From Bdellovibrionales bacterium (GTDB lineage Bacteria > Bdellovibrionota > Bdellovibrionia > Bdellovibrionales > UBA1609), in assembly GCA_965200875.1 (NCBI GenBank), contig OZ241456.1, positions 1,600,001 to 1,664,000 of the forward strand: a stretch of 64,000 nt of DNA. Reading direction: 5' to 3'. Positions 1-9,752 of this stretch are shown piece by piece. A model generated the notes under the pieces. That model did no database searches and was not told where the DNA came from. It was given only the letters and a program-made list of their open reading frames with translations. How positions within the stretch are numbered: the first letter of the stretch is position 1; every line of letters starts with the position of its first letter. The position numbers and the translations under genes are program-made.

Positions 1-83
1 TCCTCAATAAGAGAAATTTCTGTATGAGTTAACTCTGTTAAAGCCGGAAAATTTATTTTATACAATTATAATAATCCTTATTT

Positions 84-287
84 TTATAGCTTCTTATATC
101 TATATTTGTTTTTGATATTTGCACTAAAGTATTTGCCATGTGATTCTGCATTCATTAAGTTCGTATGTTCGTCTTTTGGCACATCAAAATATTGATAAAC
201 ACTTCCATCTTTAAACTCTATTTCTAAAACTTGTTCTTCATGTCCTATTGATTCCAAGTTTGAAGATTCCACTTGTTGTCTTTGCAT
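84..287 (-). CDS. KTSC domain protein
   Basis: MQRQQVESSNLESIGH...LEIEFKDGSVYQYFDVP...AESHGKYF is the typical KTSC pattern. RBS GAAGGAGG precedes the ATG at 287, so the start is shortened from the ORF track. Confidence 0.9.
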   Translation of the reverse strand: MQRQQVESSNLESIGHEEQVLEIEFKDGSVYQYFDVPKDEHTNLMNAESHGKYFSANIKNKYRYKKL

Positions 288-785
288 CTTTATACCTCCT
301 TCATTTGCGATAACCAATTATCTTTATTATTAATTTAAACATTATTTTTCTTTAATACTTTTAATAAATCCCTCTGTATCAAAATCAATTCATTTGAAAT
401 GGTAGACTGTTTTTAATTCATAATATTACCTCCTAAAGTTTTATTTACACTTTTTTTTTCACTTTGAACAAATAGCGTTATTCTCAGTAAAATTTTGTCG
501 TAAAAGATGTTTTTTCTGGATTTCCTGCTTTCATGTGAAGACAGGAGATTTTAAATTCCTCGTTTCAGTAAAAGTAAAGAGCAAACAAATAAAAGATATG
601 TATTTTTTATTTCTGAATTTTGAAAAACTCTTTCTTTGTATATTTTTTAAACTGTTACTGTTTCAGTTATTGTTTTTCCTTTTTCATGTAGAGTTTAAAC
701 AATTTCTAAAGAAGTTTCCAAGGAAAAAGCTGTTAACACATTTGAACATTTACAATAATGGCATCATAATTCTTCCCTTTGACTC

Positions 786-1112
786 TTAGTCACCACTCTT
801 AAGTTTTTTAATTTCTTCTTCGGAAAGCCCCGTGCCTTTGCAAAGAACATGCAAATCCACTCCAGTTTTAAGTAATTTTGCAATCAGCTCTTTTTGACCT
901 TCCTGACGGCCTTGTTGCATGCCTTGTTGCATACCTTCCTGTATACCTTCCTGCCGGCCTTGTTGCATGCCTTGTTGCATACCTTCCTGTATACCTTCCT
1001 GCCGGCCTTGTTGCATACCTTCCTGTATACCTTCCTGACGGCCTTGTTGCATGCCTTGTTGCATGCCTTGTTGCCTAGCTTCATCATACGAAGATTTTAA
1101 TAATGGCATCAT
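786..1112 (-). CDS. Putative internally initiated small Rpn protein (RpnS-type antitoxin, 108 aa)
   Basis: In-frame ATGATG at 1112 is preceded by GAGGAGG, at the domain boundary just before the repeat tract. Confidence 0.6.
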   Translation of the reverse strand: MMPLLKSSYDEARQQGMQQGMQQGRQEGIQEGMQQGRQEGIQEGMQQGMQQGRQEGIQEGMQQGMQQGRQEGQKELIAKLLKTGVDLHVLCKGTGLSEEEIKKLKSGD

Positions 1113-1841
1113 AATTCTTCCCTCCTCTTTCACTGTGGCTTGTTCAATCTCTTTTACAATCTCCCAATTAAATGCTGGATCATATCGCCGTATATAATCT
1201 ACTGCTCGACCGATCAATGCCTCTCGCTCACTGGAACTAAGACCCTGACCTATCGTAAAAAGCTCCTTCACTTTTGATTCATCAAGTCGCCAGATATGTT
1301 TTAGAATATACAAAATAGGACGAGTTGTCAAATCCCTGGCCTCCTTTGACACATCTAAAGACTGAATATTCAAGACCCGCGGACGAAAATTCAACACATT
1401 ATCTGCAAATCTCTCTTTTAATTCACCTTGGAAATTATACAGGTACTCGTGAAAATCAAGAGGCCATTTACCTGTCTTTGTTGCACTCTGGTTAATAAAC
1501 ACAGGGAGAATAGGATTTCGTGTATCTTGATAAATCCCTACCTGATATATTAAAAACTGTCTCATCAAATCTTGGTCGTATTGGCTTTTGTGTTCCATTA
1601 AGAATAATATTCTAGCAGGTTTTTGAGAGCTTTTAAGCAGAGCTGAAACCAAGAGGTCCATGCGTTTTTCTTTTGCGGATTTGTCAATAAAAGTTGTGGC
1701 TTCTGTTTTAAGGGTGTTCCAATCAAAAAGTTTCATTTCCTCTTTTGAGAGAACGAGGCTTAGGATATCCACACAATACTTGGTTTGTGAGTAAACCTCT
1801 TTGAATAAATGATCATGTAAAAAATTTCTTTTTGTTTTCAT
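786..1841 (-). CDS. Rpn/YhgA-like PD-(D/E)XK recombination-promoting nuclease (putative anti-phage toxin)
   Basis: HDHLFK N-terminus, RMDLLV...FLMEHKS nuclease motifs, C-terminal (QQGM/QEGI)n repeats and a terminal TGLSEEEI HTH. Confidence 0.9.
   Translation of the reverse strand: MKTKRNFLHDHLFKEVYSQTKYCVDILSLVLSKEEMKLFDWNTLKTEATTFIDKSAKEKRMDLLVSALLKSSQKPARILFLMEHKSQYDQDLMRQFLIYQVGIYQDTRNPILPVFINQSATKTGKWPLDFHEYLYNFQGELKERFADNVLNFRPRVLNIQSLDVSKEARDLTTRPILYILKHIWRLDESKVKELFTIGQGLSSSEREALIGRAVDYIRRYDPAFNWEIVKEIEQATVKEEGRIMMPLLKSSYDEARQQGMQQGMQQGRQEGIQEGMQQGRQEGIQEGMQQGMQQGRQEGIQEGMQQGMQQGRQEGQKELIAKLLKTGVDLHVLCKGTGLSEEEIKKLKSGD
895..1075 (-). repeat. 12-bp unit tandem repeat within Rpn (QQGM/QQGR/QEGI/QEGM)
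   Basis: Repeated ccttgttgcatg / ccttcctgtata units are directly visible. Confidence 0.95.
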
Positions 1842-1896
1842 AGCTCTGGAAAATGGAATATAAAAAGATTTTTGTCAATAGAATTTGTATATTTTT

Positions 1897-4404
1897 CTAT
1901 TTTAATCTTTTTTCTGCTAATCTTTGGTTTTGTATAGAAAAACCTAATAGACTAGCAATTTTTTGTTTCTTCTTATATTTAATAGGGTGCATATAAATAT
2001 ATTGTGCCACTATATGCTTTAAAAGACATATAGCCTGAGTATTTTTTTCATCCTGTAGCTCTTTATACAGAATCCTGATTCTATCAACATCTAAATCTTT
2101 TTTATGCCAAGTATGAATATACAAATTAATTAACTTGGAAGCCACTGTGTTACTCTCTGTGTTTACAGAGTTAGCAATATCAACAATTTTATAGTATCCT
2201 ATAGAGTGTATAATTTTGTGTAACCATCCCCATAAAATACCATAAGACATCTGATCCACTATCACTTTACTGATTTGTTCTATTTTCTCTGGAGATGATT
2301 CTTTTTTGGAAATTTGTTCCAATCTAGATTGGATAAACTTTTCAATTATCGTTCTTTCATTTAACATGAATTCCATAAAACTTTTTAATAATCTCAATCC
2401 GACATTTTGAGCTTCTTTAAATAAAATTTTTAACTTTTCTTTTTCCAATGATCCGTATTGATTTCTAAGAATCTGTCCAATTATTTCCATCGTTCTTGCA
2501 GATTTTTTAATTTCAATTAAAGTGCTATTTTCAGTGTTCATCTGTTCTGCGTCAGTATCATTCGTAGAGCGTTGTTTATCTTTGATTTCCAATTCTTTAC
2601 TTCGTTCTTTTTCTACACTATGAGTAGATCCAGGTAATGTAATATTATTAAAAATACTATGCAGTTCTTTGATAAATCCTTTTTCATCCCCTGATAAAGA
2701 CGCTTCCTTATATTGGCTAAATATATTATGAGTATAATCAGTAATATTTTCTATTAAATTTTTATCTTTTGTATGATGAGTGATAAAAACTAAAATATTA
2801 GCACTGTCTTTTTGATACACTTTAGATATTAATTTATTAATTACTTCTTTTTTGTTGTTAATATTTTCTGCAATATACTTGGCAACAAAATAATAATATA
2901 TATATATGTATCCAAAATTGTATAAATTATTTTTCTCTCTTAATATATTTGCACTTACTAAAATTTCTGAAAAATTGCGCCCGCGAGGTACAATAAACTT
3001 TTTCCCATATTTTTTTAAAAAATCCTGTAATTGAGTATCGGAGATATTTCTTACATTATTGTCAAACATCCAATACGCAAGGTGTGTAAGGAAATTAAAA
3101 TAAGAGTCTATCTCTTCTACTATAATATGTATTTTAGAGAGTGATATAGTTATCATTGCTTGATAACAATGACCATAAGAGGTTTGTTGTAAGTCTTGAT
3201 TGGGACTTATCAGCTCAATAGAATTAAAAATAGATAAAATAAAAAAAGGGTAGCTTGGAACAATATTATGACCAATAATAATGTTAATAGAACTAGTGCA
3301 TTGATCCAATCTGTTTAAATGCTGTTTGTTTTGATAATCAAAATCTGTATCTTCATGTAGGGAGATACACTTTTTGATAAGTTCTTCTCTTTTTTTATGT
3401 CCAAAAACTAATATTGAATAGCTTTTAAAATATTTATATTTTGATTTTTCAGATGGTATATTTGTTAATTGATTAGCTAAAAGAATTGCACCTTGAAAAT
3501 GATCTCGAATGGATAAAATAAATTTATCGAAATCTTCTTTGGTTATTTTCTTTCTTTCATCTACATCATCAATAATTAAAATTCTTTTTTCTTTAGGAAC
3601 ATGGATCGACCCTGAAAATTGGTTTTTATATTCTTTTTGTGTAGCTTTTTTCAAAGCTCCAGATTTAGGAATTTTATTGCCTTCCATGAGGACTGGATAA
3701 AAACCGGCCTTCATATATCGCAAAAATAAAATATGAGCTAGGGCTGTCTTTCCACTTTGTTCTTCTCCATAAAGTAAAATATATGGATTATCAAATGTAT
3801 TAATTGCTATTAATTTTTCAGAATTTATTTCGTTATGCTCTAAATTTACATCAGCAGTTTTGTCTTTTGTTGTAATGTCTGGATACACAAACTGTTTATC
3901 TAATGGTGTTGTATCAAAAGAGTTTTTCAGTAATTGATTTTGAAAATCTGGGTTTATTTCAGGTTTTGAGATTTTATCAACAACATGTTTTATACCTTCA
4001 TATACATTTTTCCAAGCTGAGTCTTTATCATTCCATTTAGTTATAGCTTTGCCATCTTTTGGCAAGGCTTGAATGTTTTTTAAAACAGTGTCTTTCTATG
4101 CACAGTCTCTTAAAATTACCGGAATCACAATAGTATTTTTTTTGTCTTTTAAATTTAAAGCAATATTCATCTCTTTCTTACAATTATTAGAAGCAAGGAA
4201 ATCTGGGCTGAGTAATAACAAAATAATATGGGCTTCTTTCATTTTTTTTTCTATTACAGGATCCCATTCTTCACCTGCTTGGATTTCTTTGTCTGACCAG
4301 TCAGATATTTTACCTTCATCTCTTAAAAGAGTAAGGTGTTTTTCTAAAGAGTCTTGATGTTTTGCATCTATATGTGTATAGCTGTAAAATAAACGAATGT
4401 TCAT
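1897..4404 (-). pseudogene. TIR domain - STAND-type NTPase fusion interrupted by one in-frame TAG (4096-4098)
   Basis: ORFs 4096..4404 and 1897..4065 share a frame and read through as VILRDCA*KDTVLKNIQALPKDGK. TIR motifs: FYSYTH, WSD..I.AG, LLSPDFLAS..C..E. Walker A GEEQSGKT, Walker B ILIIDD. Confidence 0.8.
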
Positions 4405-4606
4405 AATGAATGTTACCTAGTTAGATTTATTTTAGATTCTCAAAAGAGAATCGTTATAATATATTTCATTCAGTACTTTTATGCAAATAAATTTTTATAT
4501 AATTTTTTGAAGATGTACTGTGTTGTTTACGATGTTCCATTTTTTACAGCGAGATTGTCCAAAAAATTGTGATGGTTAAGAGATTGTTCAAAGACTTTTA
4601 TGTAGA

Positions 4607-5200
4607 TTAGTCCCAGGTTGTTTTAGCCCAGCAAATACCAATGATTTTACCTTTGTATTTGTTTTCTCTTAGAAAGTCCGATATGGCCCGCAAATGTGAT
4701 CCGGTGGTTATCACATCATCCAAAATATATAATATTTTAGGTTCTTTGTTTTTAAACCCTTTCCAAATATAATTTTGCTTAAAAAATTCAGGGTTTCTTT
4801 CCCCGGAAAGATGAACAGACTCTTGATCCTCTTTTATTTCAACAGGCCATTCAACCAACCACCCTAGCAGTGATTGTAAAAGTTCCCTAAATAAATCTTC
4901 AAATCTATTATTATATTCAGGATGAGATTTTGTTTTAGAACTTGGAACAGCAGTTAACACCCAACCCTTTGGGTTTGTTTTTAGTAACAGTTCAACATCT
5001 TCTTTAAATTGCTTAATAGCTTTTTCACGATATGACCATTCTGGCGTGCATCTTTTGGAAGGGGATTTTTTAAAATTCAAAATCAGAGAATTTGTTGGAC
5101 CACCTTCATAGCCCGTACTGGATTTGTATTCTCTCGCATATACCCAAATATCGTCAGGTTTTATATGAGGTAAATGTTGTTCTTTAAATTTATTCCACAC
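4607..5200 (-). CDS. Phosphoribosyltransferase-fold protein (partner of DprA; DprA+PRTase/ShosTA-type defence)
   Basis: AVPSSK and ILDDVITTGSH PRPP-binding loop; overlaps the end of the DprA-like gene. Confidence 0.8.
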   Translation of the reverse strand: MWNKFKEQHLPHIKPDDIWVYAREYKSSTGYEGGPTNSLILNFKKSPSKRCTPEWSYREKAIKQFKEDVELLLKTNPKGWVLTAVPSSKTKSHPEYNNRFEDLFRELLQSLLGWLVEWPVEIKEDQESVHLSGERNPEFFKQNYIWKGFKNKEPKILYILDDVITTGSHLRAISDFLRENKYKGKIIGICWAKTTWD

Positions 5201-6152
5201 TGGACTGATGATCTATATGTTTTAAAATATCTGAGGTTTCTTTTACTCTGATAGCTCCTCGTTTTTCATAAGTGGAGGGCCATTTGATGTTTAGATTGTC
5301 AAAACAGGAGTCCATTATAAATAGTTTTTTGTTTTGCCTAAAACATTCCCTCGCCTGAACAAGAGATCCACTTGTATCTCCCGCTTCCACAATGACAGTG
5401 GCTTTTGAAATAGACGCCATTGTTTTGTTCCTTCTTGGGAAATGAAATTTACGATAATTAAAAGGTTCTTTAGCGTATTTGTAAAAAGGGACCTGACTGA
5501 TCAGTAAAAAATCCTTTGCAATTTTATCCTGTAAATTTTTATTTTCTTTAGGATAATATTTGTTGATAGGGGTACCTATAACTCCTATAGTGAGCTTATT
5601 ATTATCAATAGCCGATTGATGGGCTACTGTATCAATCCCTAAAGCTAAACCTGACACAATGGTAAATCCCTCATCTGACAATTCTTTGGATAAATTTCTG
5701 GCGTTTTTGATTCCTTCAGCAGAGGGTTTTCTTGATCCCACTATTGAAATGCAGGGAGTTTCTAATATATCCAAATTTCCTTTGCAATAAAATAGTCCTA
5801 TGGGGTATTGACTTCTTAAATTCTCCGGGTATTGAAAAGCTTTATTTACAACTATTGAAAAATCTCTCATTCCATCACAAAATGCAGTATCTAAAAAGCC
5901 TTGCACTTCATTTTTTATTTGGTCAGGAGTCTTTTTAAATGAAAAAAGATCCAGCTGATGTGGTATTTGTTTTAACGCTTCAGAAGGAGTGTTATTAACA
6001 AACATTTCCTGTAAAGCTTTTTCTTTTAAAGTTTTTTCTTCATTGCTGTGGATAGCCCATAGCACTTCATAAGCAAGCATCTCCTTTGAAGGAGAGATTA
6101 CATTTTTTTCTATAAAACTTATTATATCCTGCATATTAAAGAATACTGCCAT
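5190..6152 (-). CDS. DprA/Smf (SLOG) family protein, defence-type
   Basis: SIVGSR, IVSGLALGIDTVAH, FPRRN, IVEAGDTSGSL motifs; no C-terminal winged helix as in competence DprA. Confidence 0.88.
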   Translation of the reverse strand: MAVFFNMQDIISFIEKNVISPSKEMLAYEVLWAIHSNEEKTLKEKALQEMFVNNTPSEALKQIPHQLDLFSFKKTPDQIKNEVQGFLDTAFCDGMRDFSIVVNKAFQYPENLRSQYPIGLFYCKGNLDILETPCISIVGSRKPSAEGIKNARNLSKELSDEGFTIVSGLALGIDTVAHQSAIDNNKLTIGVIGTPINKYYPKENKNLQDKIAKDFLLISQVPFYKYAKEPFNYRKFHFPRRNKTMASISKATVIVEAGDTSGSLVQARECFRQNKKLFIMDSCFDNLNIKWPSTYEKRGAIRVKETSDILKHIDHQSSVE

Positions 6153-6182
6153 TAAGTTATTAACAAGTCAAAATAACACACC

Positions 6183-6272
6183 GCGAGGCGAGTTCGGCTT
6201 TGAGCACGGAGCTGGCGAAGACTGATCCGTGGCAAAACACCTATGTTTTCGTCCTAGCGATGAGGTATGAAC
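6183..6272 (+). repeat. Palindromic element family A, diverged copy
   Basis: gcgaggcgagttcggctttgagcac...gtggcaaaac...gaggtatga matches 11539-11629 and the reverse complement of 9407-9521. Confidence 0.8.
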
Positions 6273-6507
6273 AAAGTAAACCGGTCATATAAAAAGACTT
6301 TTTGTTGCTTGCGATTATTTGTATCCTGATTTCTTCTGTGAAAAATCCCTATAATGTGGAAAAACCCCCGTAATGCCTTGTTTTGAACTACATAGTCTTT
6401 TGACTTTTCATCAACAACCTATTATTTTGTGCGTTATTACTTTCCGTTTTTAAAGAAATATGTCAAATATTTCCTAAATAGTACTAAAAACATACAAAAA
6501 TATAAAA

Positions 6508-7317
6508 ATGCTTAAGCCTTATTTTTCAGAAGATTCTTTCAAGCTCTATCATGGGGATTGTCGTGATGTTTTGAACACTATTCCTGCGAACAGCGTGGAT
6601 ATGGTTTTTGCAGACCCCCCTTACAATTTGTCAAACGGTGGATTTTCTGTCAAAGCTGGAAAAAGGGTCGATGTTCATAAAGGAGACTGGGATCAAAGCC
6701 TTGGCACAGATAAGGACTTTGCTTTTCATTTAAGTTGGATTAAAGCCTGCCAGCGGGTGTTAAAGCCGGAAGGCACAATTTGGATCAGCGGAACTTATCA
6801 TTCCATTTATCAATGCGGTTTTGCACTTCAACAGTCCGGTTTTCGGATTCTTAATGATATCGCTTGGTATAAACCAAACGCCGCTCCAAACATTGGTTGT
6901 CGCTGTTTTGCGGCAAGCCATGAAACCCTGATATGGGCTTGTAAGGATCCAAAGGCAAAATACACATTTCATTATGAAGACATGAAGAACGGTTCTTGGG
7001 AAAAAGACTTTATTAAAAAACCAAGCAAGCAAATGCGCTCTGTTTGGGCTGTCAATACTCCAGCCTCTTCTGAAAAAACATACGGCAAACACCCTACACA
7101 AAAACCTTTGGAACTTTTAAAACGAATTGTCAGAGCTTCTTCCAATAAAGGAGATATAATATTGGATCCTTTCACCGGAAGCTCCACAACCGGAATCGCC
7201 GCTTATCTTTCAGAAAGGTCTTTTATCGGTATTGAGAAAGAAAAAGCTTTTTTGGAGCTATCCATCCATCGCTTTCAGGATTTAAAAAACTCTTTTCAAT
7301 TAGAACTTTCCCCTTAA
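6508..7317 (+). CDS. Amino (N6A/N4C) DNA methyltransferase, beta class (DpnA-like)
   Basis: ADPPY motif IV precedes HPTQKP and LDPFTGSSTT motif I. Confidence 0.92.
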   Translation: MLKPYFSEDSFKLYHGDCRDVLNTIPANSVDMVFADPPYNLSNGGFSVKAGKRVDVHKGDWDQSLGTDKDFAFHLSWIKACQRVLKPEGTIWISGTYHSIYQCGFALQQSGFRILNDIAWYKPNAAPNIGCRCFAASHETLIWACKDPKAKYTFHYEDMKNGSWEKDFIKKPSKQMRSVWAVNTPASSEKTYGKHPTQKPLELLKRIVRASSNKGDIILDPFTGSSTTGIAAYLSERSFIGIEKEKAFLELSIHRFQDLKNSFQLELSP

Positions 7318-7323
7318 AATACT

Positions 7324-8106
7324 ATGGCACAAGCAAACAACAAATCTTGGAAAAAAATATTCAATAAATACAACATTCACAAACATTCTTTTGATAAAGC
7401 ACCCTTTCCTATTTCAGCGGAACAAATTAAAAAAGCCTGTCAGGAGTTCGAAAAAACCGTAGCAAAAGAAGTTCGTATACTTTGTACACAAACCTGCCAA
7501 GAAGATCGCCCTGATATTTTTAAAGAAAAAGGACTTTTTTTATTACCTGTTAAAAACGGCCAATATAATATCATAAAAGGTGAGGGTTATATTGATATTC
7601 CAGCTATTATGGCTACTAAAGATTACACATCAAAATTGGATTTTGAGTTGGATACAGCAAAAGTTGGTCAATCAGAGATGCAACATCTTGACTATGCTTA
7701 TGCTTCAAGCCTTATAAAAACATTCATAGGAGATGAAAACCTTGTTTTAACCATTCGAGGCAGGAAATATACAGAAAGGCCGTTTGAATTTTTTGTTAAC
7801 AAACACCGGATCCAAGTCTGTGGAGTACAGACGGAAGTGGATGCTGGTTATGAAGGGAGAAATACTGTTGTTTTAGTGGAAGCGAAAAACAGACAAACGG
7901 ACAATGTGATTATCAGACAACTTTATTATCCTTTTAGAAAGTGGCAACAAGAAACCAATAAAAAAGTCATAAATTTATTTTTTCAGAAAGATTCTAAAAC
8001 TGGTGTTTTCTCTATTTGGCAATTTGGATTTGATTGCAAAGAAAACTATAACAGTATAAAACTGGAAAAATCAGAAAAATTTAATATTTATAATGCAAAT
8101 AAATAG
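7324..8106 (+). CDS. Putative type II restriction endonuclease (PD-(D/E)XK)
   Basis: QTEVDAGYE...LVEAK...IRQLYYPFR catalytic-type motifs; 6 bp downstream of the MTase. Confidence 0.7.
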   Translation: MAQANNKSWKKIFNKYNIHKHSFDKAPFPISAEQIKKACQEFEKTVAKEVRILCTQTCQEDRPDIFKEKGLFLLPVKNGQYNIIKGEGYIDIPAIMATKDYTSKLDFELDTAKVGQSEMQHLDYAYASSLIKTFIGDENLVLTIRGRKYTERPFEFFVNKHRIQVCGVQTEVDAGYEGRNTVVLVEAKNRQTDNVIIRQLYYPFRKWQQETNKKVINLFFQKDSKTGVFSIWQFGFDCKENYNSIKLEKSEKFNIYNANK

Positions 8107-8135
8107 GTGAAAGGAGGGGTTTCACGCTCGACAAA

Positions 8136-8474
8136 TTAGAGCTTTAAGCTTTCCTGTAGCTCTTTAATTTTCTCTGCTGATACACCAGTGATTTCAATGA
8201 TATCAGAAATCTGCATATTTTTTTGGAGCATATTCAAAGCTATTTGTTCCATGCCTGTCTTCAAACCTTTCTCCATGCCTGTCTTCAAACCTTTCTCCAT
8301 GCCTGTCTTCAAACCTTTCTCCATGCCTGTCTTCAAACCTTTCTCCATGCCTTTGTTAAAAGCATAAGCTTTCTCTGCACGCTGATCTCTTAAAAACTTC
8401 TCTCGTGCTTCCTCTTCTCGGCGCAAATCCTCATCCTGGGACAAATCTTTTAAATGTTCCATTGCTCTTCTCAT
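8136..8474 (-). CDS. Putative internally initiated RpnS-type protein (112 aa)
   Basis: In-frame ATG at 8474 is preceded by AAGGGGGAAGAG. Confidence 0.5.
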   Translation of the reverse strand: MRRAMEHLKDLSQDEDLRREEEAREKFLRDQRAEKAYAFNKGMEKGLKTGMEKGLKTGMEKGLKTGMEKGLKTGMEQIALNMLQKNMQISDIIEITGVSAEKIKELQESLKL

Positions 8475-9158
8475 CTCTTCCCCCTTACTCGTTGATAATA
8501 TATCCCACTCTCTTTTTCCTATGTGGCAGGACTCTTTTAAAAGATAGCACCATAAGTCCCGCAAATCAACTATCTCCTTCAGACTCTCTGGCCTCGCTCT
8601 CATAAACTTACTTAATTCCACAAACACTATCTTTTCATCATCGATCAAGGAAGAATGTGGATCTTTATCCGATCGCAAAGAAAAGGAATTGATAAAATCT
8701 CTATACTTTTTTACCGGAAGAACATCAAAGTCTGTGAAAACCAAAGAATATGCAGGGCAAATACTGCTGTAATCTGCTGACTTCTTTAAACTCTCCGTGT
8801 AAAGTCTAGACCAATAAAAAAGCACTCTTTTCAAAAAACCTATTTTTAAGACAGACTGTATTTCCACATTCACAGTTTCTCCGGTACTGAGTCTTATTCT
8901 CAAATCCAGAACAATTTGCTTGTTGTCTGCCAAAGAGGGATAAAGGGAGCTATCTAAGAGAGTTAATGTTTCTTCATCAACAAGGGAATCCAATGCTTTT
9001 TTATCTCCTATAAAGGATATATCTTGCACTTTTTGATTGGGATGAAGGGGTAAAAAGGCATTTAAAAGAGATTTCAGGACTTCTTTGTTTTTGGAGAAAT
9101 AGGTCTTGAACATGAGGTCCTGGCTTAAGTTTAGAAATTTGCTACGATTTGTTTTCAT
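8136..9158 (-). CDS. Rpn family PD-(D/E)XK nuclease/putative transposase
   Basis: DLMFKTYF, LDLRI...VNVEIQ...R..FYWS.LY, FVELSKF; C-terminal (GMEKGLKT)n repeats and IAxNML...ITGVS HTH. Confidence 0.92.
   Translation of the reverse strand: MKTNRSKFLNLSQDLMFKTYFSKNKEVLKSLLNAFLPLHPNQKVQDISFIGDKKALDSLVDEETLTLLDSSLYPSLADNKQIVLDLRIRLSTGETVNVEIQSVLKIGFLKRVLFYWSRLYTESLKKSADYSSICPAYSLVFTDFDVLPVKKYRDFINSFSLRSDKDPHSSLIDDEKIVFVELSKFMRARPESLKEIVDLRDLWCYLLKESCHIGKREWDILSTSKGEEMRRAMEHLKDLSQDEDLRREEEAREKFLRDQRAEKAYAFNKGMEKGLKTGMEKGLKTGMEKGLKTGMEKGLKTGMEQIALNMLQKNMQISDIIEITGVSAEKIKELQESLKL
8248..8352 (-). repeat. 24-bp perfect tandem repeat x4.4 within the second Rpn
   Basis: tccatgcctgtcttcaaacctttc is repeated four times plus a partial copy. 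Confidence 0.95.
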
Positions 9159-9206
9159 GTGTAAAGCTCCTTTAAAAAAAGTGGTTTATTGTTAATAAAT
9201 AGTTTA

Positions 9207-9279
9207 TGCAAAATCCGTGCCAAACTGATTTCAGCTGACATTTTTCCTGTAAAAATAGTCCTTGCAAAATCCGTGCCAA
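9207..9279 (-). promoter_or_regulatory. Two tandem sigma54 (-24/-12) promoter consensus sites upstream of Rpn
   Basis: TTGGCACGGATTTTGCA on the minus strand at 9207-9223 and 9263-9279. Confidence 0.75.
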
Positions 9280-9373
9280 AATGATCTCAGCGGATAGTAT
9301 GGATTATGAATAAGAGGGTTTGATATTGCCAAACACGATTTTTACGGGAGATTTGGCAAACGTATTATCTTAA

Positions 9374-9752
9374 GAGGCCCGTGAAAAAGAGTGTTTATAT
9401 GTACAGCTTATTTGCTCATACCTCACCGCTCGGTCTCAAACATGCGTTTTGCCACACACGCGTCTTTCAGTCGCGGTGTGCTCAAAGCCGAACTCGCCTC
9501 GCGTTGGGTATGAGCAATAAGTTTTTTACATTTTTCCGGCAAACAAAGTGTTTCGTTATAAAACTTTGCAAGTATTTTCCGAACTAACAAGTGGCTCGTA
9601 AAAAAGCCAAGTTGTTGGTTTTTCAGTCCCGTGAAAACGGGAATTTTGTTGAGTTTTAGGCAAATGTTCCATCCATTTTCCTTAAAAAAATGTACTTTTT
9701 CACGCCTGATTAAAAAGTGATCATAATGTGTTAAAAACTTTTTCACAGGGGA
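9374..9752. mobile_element. MITE-like composite of family B containing a nested family A element
   Basis: Ends ccgtgaaaaag ... ctttttcacagg; internal tcagtcccgtgaaaacgggaat shared with other family B copies. Confidence 0.55.
9407..9521 (-). repeat. Palindromic element family A, complete copy
   Basis: Terminal inverted repeats cttat(t)tgctcatacc / ggtatgagcaataag; the interior matches 11524-11629. Confidence 0.85.

Noticed and set aside
340..435. Strong RBS (AGGAGGT) and ATG upstream of KTSC
   Set aside because: It reads ATG AAT TAA; even with read-through it gives only ~26 codons, which is not supportable.
895..1100. Overlapping ORFs 878..1078, 884..1087, 894..1100 and a possible CRISPR-like array
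   Set aside because: These are shadow frames of the 12-bp coding repeat in Rpn; there are no unique spacers.
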